Below are positions 15,056 to 17,004 of a DNA stretch of 17,004 nt, piece by piece. A program made the position numbers and the translations under genes. Where the stretch lies: NCBI GenBank assembly GCA_964475435.1, contig CAYYWT010000024.1, forward strand, positions 1 through 17,004, in the 5' to 3' direction. The notes below the pieces were generated by a model, which was not told the DNA's origin, did no database searches, and was given only the letters and a program-made list of their open reading frames with translations. The DNA comes from an uncultured Eubacteriales bacterium. Lineage in GTDB: Bacteria > Bacillota > Clostridia > TANB77 > RGIG9151. The stretch's first letter is position 1. Each line of letters begins with the position of its first letter.

Positions 15056-15868
15056 TTGATAGACATAATTAATGCGATTATTTTTGGCGTAATTGAAGGG
15101 ATAACTGAATGGTTACCGATAAGTAGTACGGGGCATATGATTTTAGCTGAGGAATTTATTAAGCTAAATGTTACTCCGGAGTTTTGGAAGATGTTTTTAG
15201 TTGTAATACAACTTGGAGCGATACTAGCAGTGGTTTTATTGTATTTTAGGAAATTAAATCCTTTTGCGCTTAGTAAAACTGCTGAAGAAAAGAAACAAAC
15301 GTGGACTTTATGGTTTAAGGTTATCGTTGCATGTTTACCTGCTGCGGTAATCGGAATATTGTTTGAAGATACCATAGACATGTTTTTGGATAATTCGTGG
15401 GTAGTTGCAATTATGCTTATTTTATATGGTATATTCTTTATTTTAATTGAAAATAGAAATAAAAAGCCGGAAGTTACAGAGTTAAAGACCTTAACATATA
15501 AAACTGCCTTTGGAATAGGTTTGTTTCAAGTTTTAGCTTTAATTCCCGGAACTTCCAGGTCCGGCGCTACAATACTTGGAGCTATGTTAATTGGCACATC
15601 AAGAGAAATTGCTGCTGAATTTACATTCTTTTTAGCAATTCCGGTTATGTTCGGAGCTAGTTTTTTAAAACTGCTCAAATTTGGCTTTGCTTTTTCTGGA
15701 GCAGAACTTATGATATTGCTAGTAGGAATGGTAACTGCGTTTATTGTTTCGATAGTTGCAATTAAATTTTTAATGAACTATATAAAGAAAAATGACTTTA
15801 AAGTGTTTGGTTATTATAGGATTGTTTTAGGTATTTTGGTGTTGTTGTATTTTACATTTTGCATATAA
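15056..15868 (+). CDS. uppP: undecaprenyl-diphosphate phosphatase
   Basis: TTG start 7 nt after AGGAGGG. BacA/UppP motifs [20 protein letters not shown] and [10 protein letters not shown]. Polytopic membrane protein. Confidence 0.95.
   Translation: MIDIINAIIFGVIEGITEWLPISSTGHMILAEEFIKLNVTPEFWKMFLVVIQLGAILAVVLLYFRKLNPFALSKTAEEKKQTWTLWFKVIVACLPAAVIGILFEDTIDMFLDNSWVVAIMLILYGIFFILIENRNKKPEVTELKTLTYKTAFGIGLFQVLALIPGTSRSGATILGAMLIGTSREIAAEFTFFLAIPVMFGASFLKLLKFGFAFSGAELMILLVGMVTAFIVSIVAIKFLMNYIKKNDFKVFGYYRIVLGILVLLYFTFCI
15861..15868. repeat. left 8-bp direct repeat (GCATATAA) flanking element copy B; contains the uppP stop codon
   Basis: Identical to 16043-16050. TAA at 15866-15868 is the uppP stop. 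Confidence 0.7.
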
Positions 15869-16042
15869 TTACTAGTCAGACTGATTGTTTCAAAAAAAGA
15901 TAATATCATTAGTTTAAAGAGCGAGTTCCACAGTTGAAAAATTCAAAATAAAAATTTAATCGAATTTTTCAACGAGGACGTGTTTGAGCGGGAAAACTAA
16001 TGATATTATCTTTTTTATAAGTAATTAAATCTGACCAGTAAC
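15869..16042 (-). mobile_element. MITE-like palindromic element, copy B (174 bp, inverted relative to copy A)
   Basis: The reverse complement aligns end to end with 3075-3245 and includes identical 42-nt and 33-nt blocks. Perfect 21-bp internal inverted repeat. Central 12-bp hairpin (15933-15944 with 15962-15973). Flanked by an 8-bp direct repeat. One terminal base is ambiguous (TTACT versus GTTACT). Confidence 0.7.
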
Positions 16043-16050
16043 GCATATAA
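16043..16050. repeat. right 8-bp direct repeat (GCATATAA) flanking element copy B
   Basis: Identical to 15861-15868. Confidence 0.7.
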
Positions 16051-16070
16051 AGAAATATTTTCTAAAATGG

Positions 16071-16100
16071 TTGACAATTTCCATAAAACAATGGTAAAAT
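16071..16100 (+). promoter_or_regulatory. rpsL (str operon) promoter
   Basis: TTGACA (16071-16076), 18 nt, TGgTAAAAT extended -10 (hexamer 16095-16100). Confidence 0.6.
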
Positions 16101-16138
16101 ATGTACTGTATGTTAAAAGTCAAGGAGGTGAAAAAGAC

Positions 16139-16552
16139 GTGCCAACCTTTAATCAATTAGTAAAAAAAGGAAGAACCACAGCTGAAAAGAAATCTACAGC
16201 TCCTGCTCTTCAAAAAGGCTTAAATTCAAAGAGAAAAATTGAGACAGACATTAGTTGTCCTCAAAAGAGAGGTGTTTGTACTGTTGTTAAAACTGTTACA
16301 CCTAAAAAACCAAACTCAGCTCTAAGAAAAATTGCCAGAGTTAGACTTACTAATGGAATGGAAGTTTCTTCATATATTCCTGGTATTGGTCATAACTTAC
16401 AAGAACACAGTGTAGTTTTAATCAGAGGTGGAAAGGTAAAGGACCTTCCAGGTGTTAGATATCACATTATCCGTGGAGTATTAGATACTGCCGGTGTTAA
16501 CGATAGAAAACAAGGAAGATCTAAGTATGGCGCAAAGAGACCTAAGAAATAA
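16139..16552 (+). CDS. rpsL: 30S ribosomal protein S12
   Basis: GTG start 7 nt after AAGGAGGTG gives (M)[11 protein letters not shown]..., the canonical S12 N-terminus. The [10 protein letters not shown] and GHNLQEHS motifs are present. The track's ATG at 16067 overlaps the promoter and is an over-extension. Confidence 0.95.
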   Translation: MPTFNQLVKKGRTTAEKKSTAPALQKGLNSKRKIETDISCPQKRGVCTVVKTVTPKKPNSALRKIARVRLTNGMEVSSYIPGIGHNLQEHSVVLIRGGKVKDLPGVRYHIIRGVLDTAGVNDRKQGRSKYGAKRPKK

Positions 16553-16556
16553 AAAT

Positions 16557-16592
16557 TCGTACAGTCTTAATGCAACAAGCTTGTACGATTTT
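16557..16592 (+). terminator. hairpin plus T-tract after rpsL (possible attenuator)
   Basis: TCGTACAG (16557-16564) pairs with TTGTACGA (16581-16588), and an inner CTT/AAG also pairs. TTTTAT follows. Confidence 0.35.
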
Positions 16593-16683
16593 ATATAGAT
16601 AGTACGAGCGCTGACGGTCGTGCGACCGAGTACCTTAGACAGTTTATCGCTGTTTATAATTTATTAAATAGTAAAAAACGTAG

Positions 16684-17004
<321 letters not shown>

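Noticed and set aside
14159-15381. Minus-strand ORFs 14159-14353, 14728-14919, 14807-14995 and 15040-15381
   Set aside because: They overlap the TPM, ogg and uppP genes on the opposite strand. The plus-strand products carry clear family motifs and the antisense ones carry none.
3075-16042. Reading the two long repeats as CRISPR repeats or as boundaries of a composite transposon or invertible segment
   Set aside because: There are only two copies, 12.6 kb apart, with no spacer-array periodicity. Each copy has its own matching 8-bp duplication, so they are independent insertions rather than a shared pair. The intervening genes are core housekeeping genes. Recombination between the inverted copies remains possible in principle but nothing here shows it.
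16067-16138. ATG-initiated N-terminal extension of S12 (161-aa track ORF)
   Set aside because: The extension overlaps the TTGACA/TAAAAT promoter. The canonical S12 N-terminus (PTFNQL...) starts at GTG 16139, directly behind AAGGAGGTG.
16597-16640. GC-rich patch in the rpsL-rpsG spacer as a tRNA or other small RNA gene
   Set aside because: It is too short, has no cloverleaf arms and lacks the GTTCGAATC-type T-loop. It is kept only as a possible cis-regulatory structure.

Overview
Low-GC Firmicute (Clostridia-like) chromosomal segment made mostly of housekeeping genes. In order: a possibly truncated hypothetical ORF, a tandem OB-fold SSB-like gene, a membrane-anchored WG-repeat protein, a T-box(Asp)-controlled aspS, an orphan minus-strand gene with a consensus promoter, miaA-hfq plus an HlyD-like gene, sepF, divIVA, a BAX-inhibitor/YccA-family membrane protein (minus), a tightly packed five-gene unit (SPFH/YdjI-like, zinc-ribbon/YdjG-like, TPM/YdjH-like, ogg, uppP), then rpsL and the 5' part of rpsG. 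The most unusual signal is non-coding. Two copies of a ~171-174 bp highly palindromic element lie in opposite orientation (3075-3245 and 15869-16042). Each is flanked by a perfect 8-bp direct repeat (CCTAAATT; GCATATAA), as expected for a MITE-like mobile element. The copies share 42-nt and 33-nt identical blocks. Their central hairpin differs in sequence but stays perfectly paired, which suggests selection on structure. Both copies sit 28-29 nt upstream of the -35 box of a strong housekeeping promoter (aspS T-box leader; rpsL) and supply the only hairpin after the upstream gene. Other points of interest are the pspA-less ydjIGH-like envelope module co-packed with uppP, the orphan 319-aa gene, an operator-like inverted repeat in a divergent promoter region, and a long structured rpsL-rpsG spacer. 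No rRNA, tRNA or CRISPR array was seen. All family assignments come from motif recognition by eye, not from searches.
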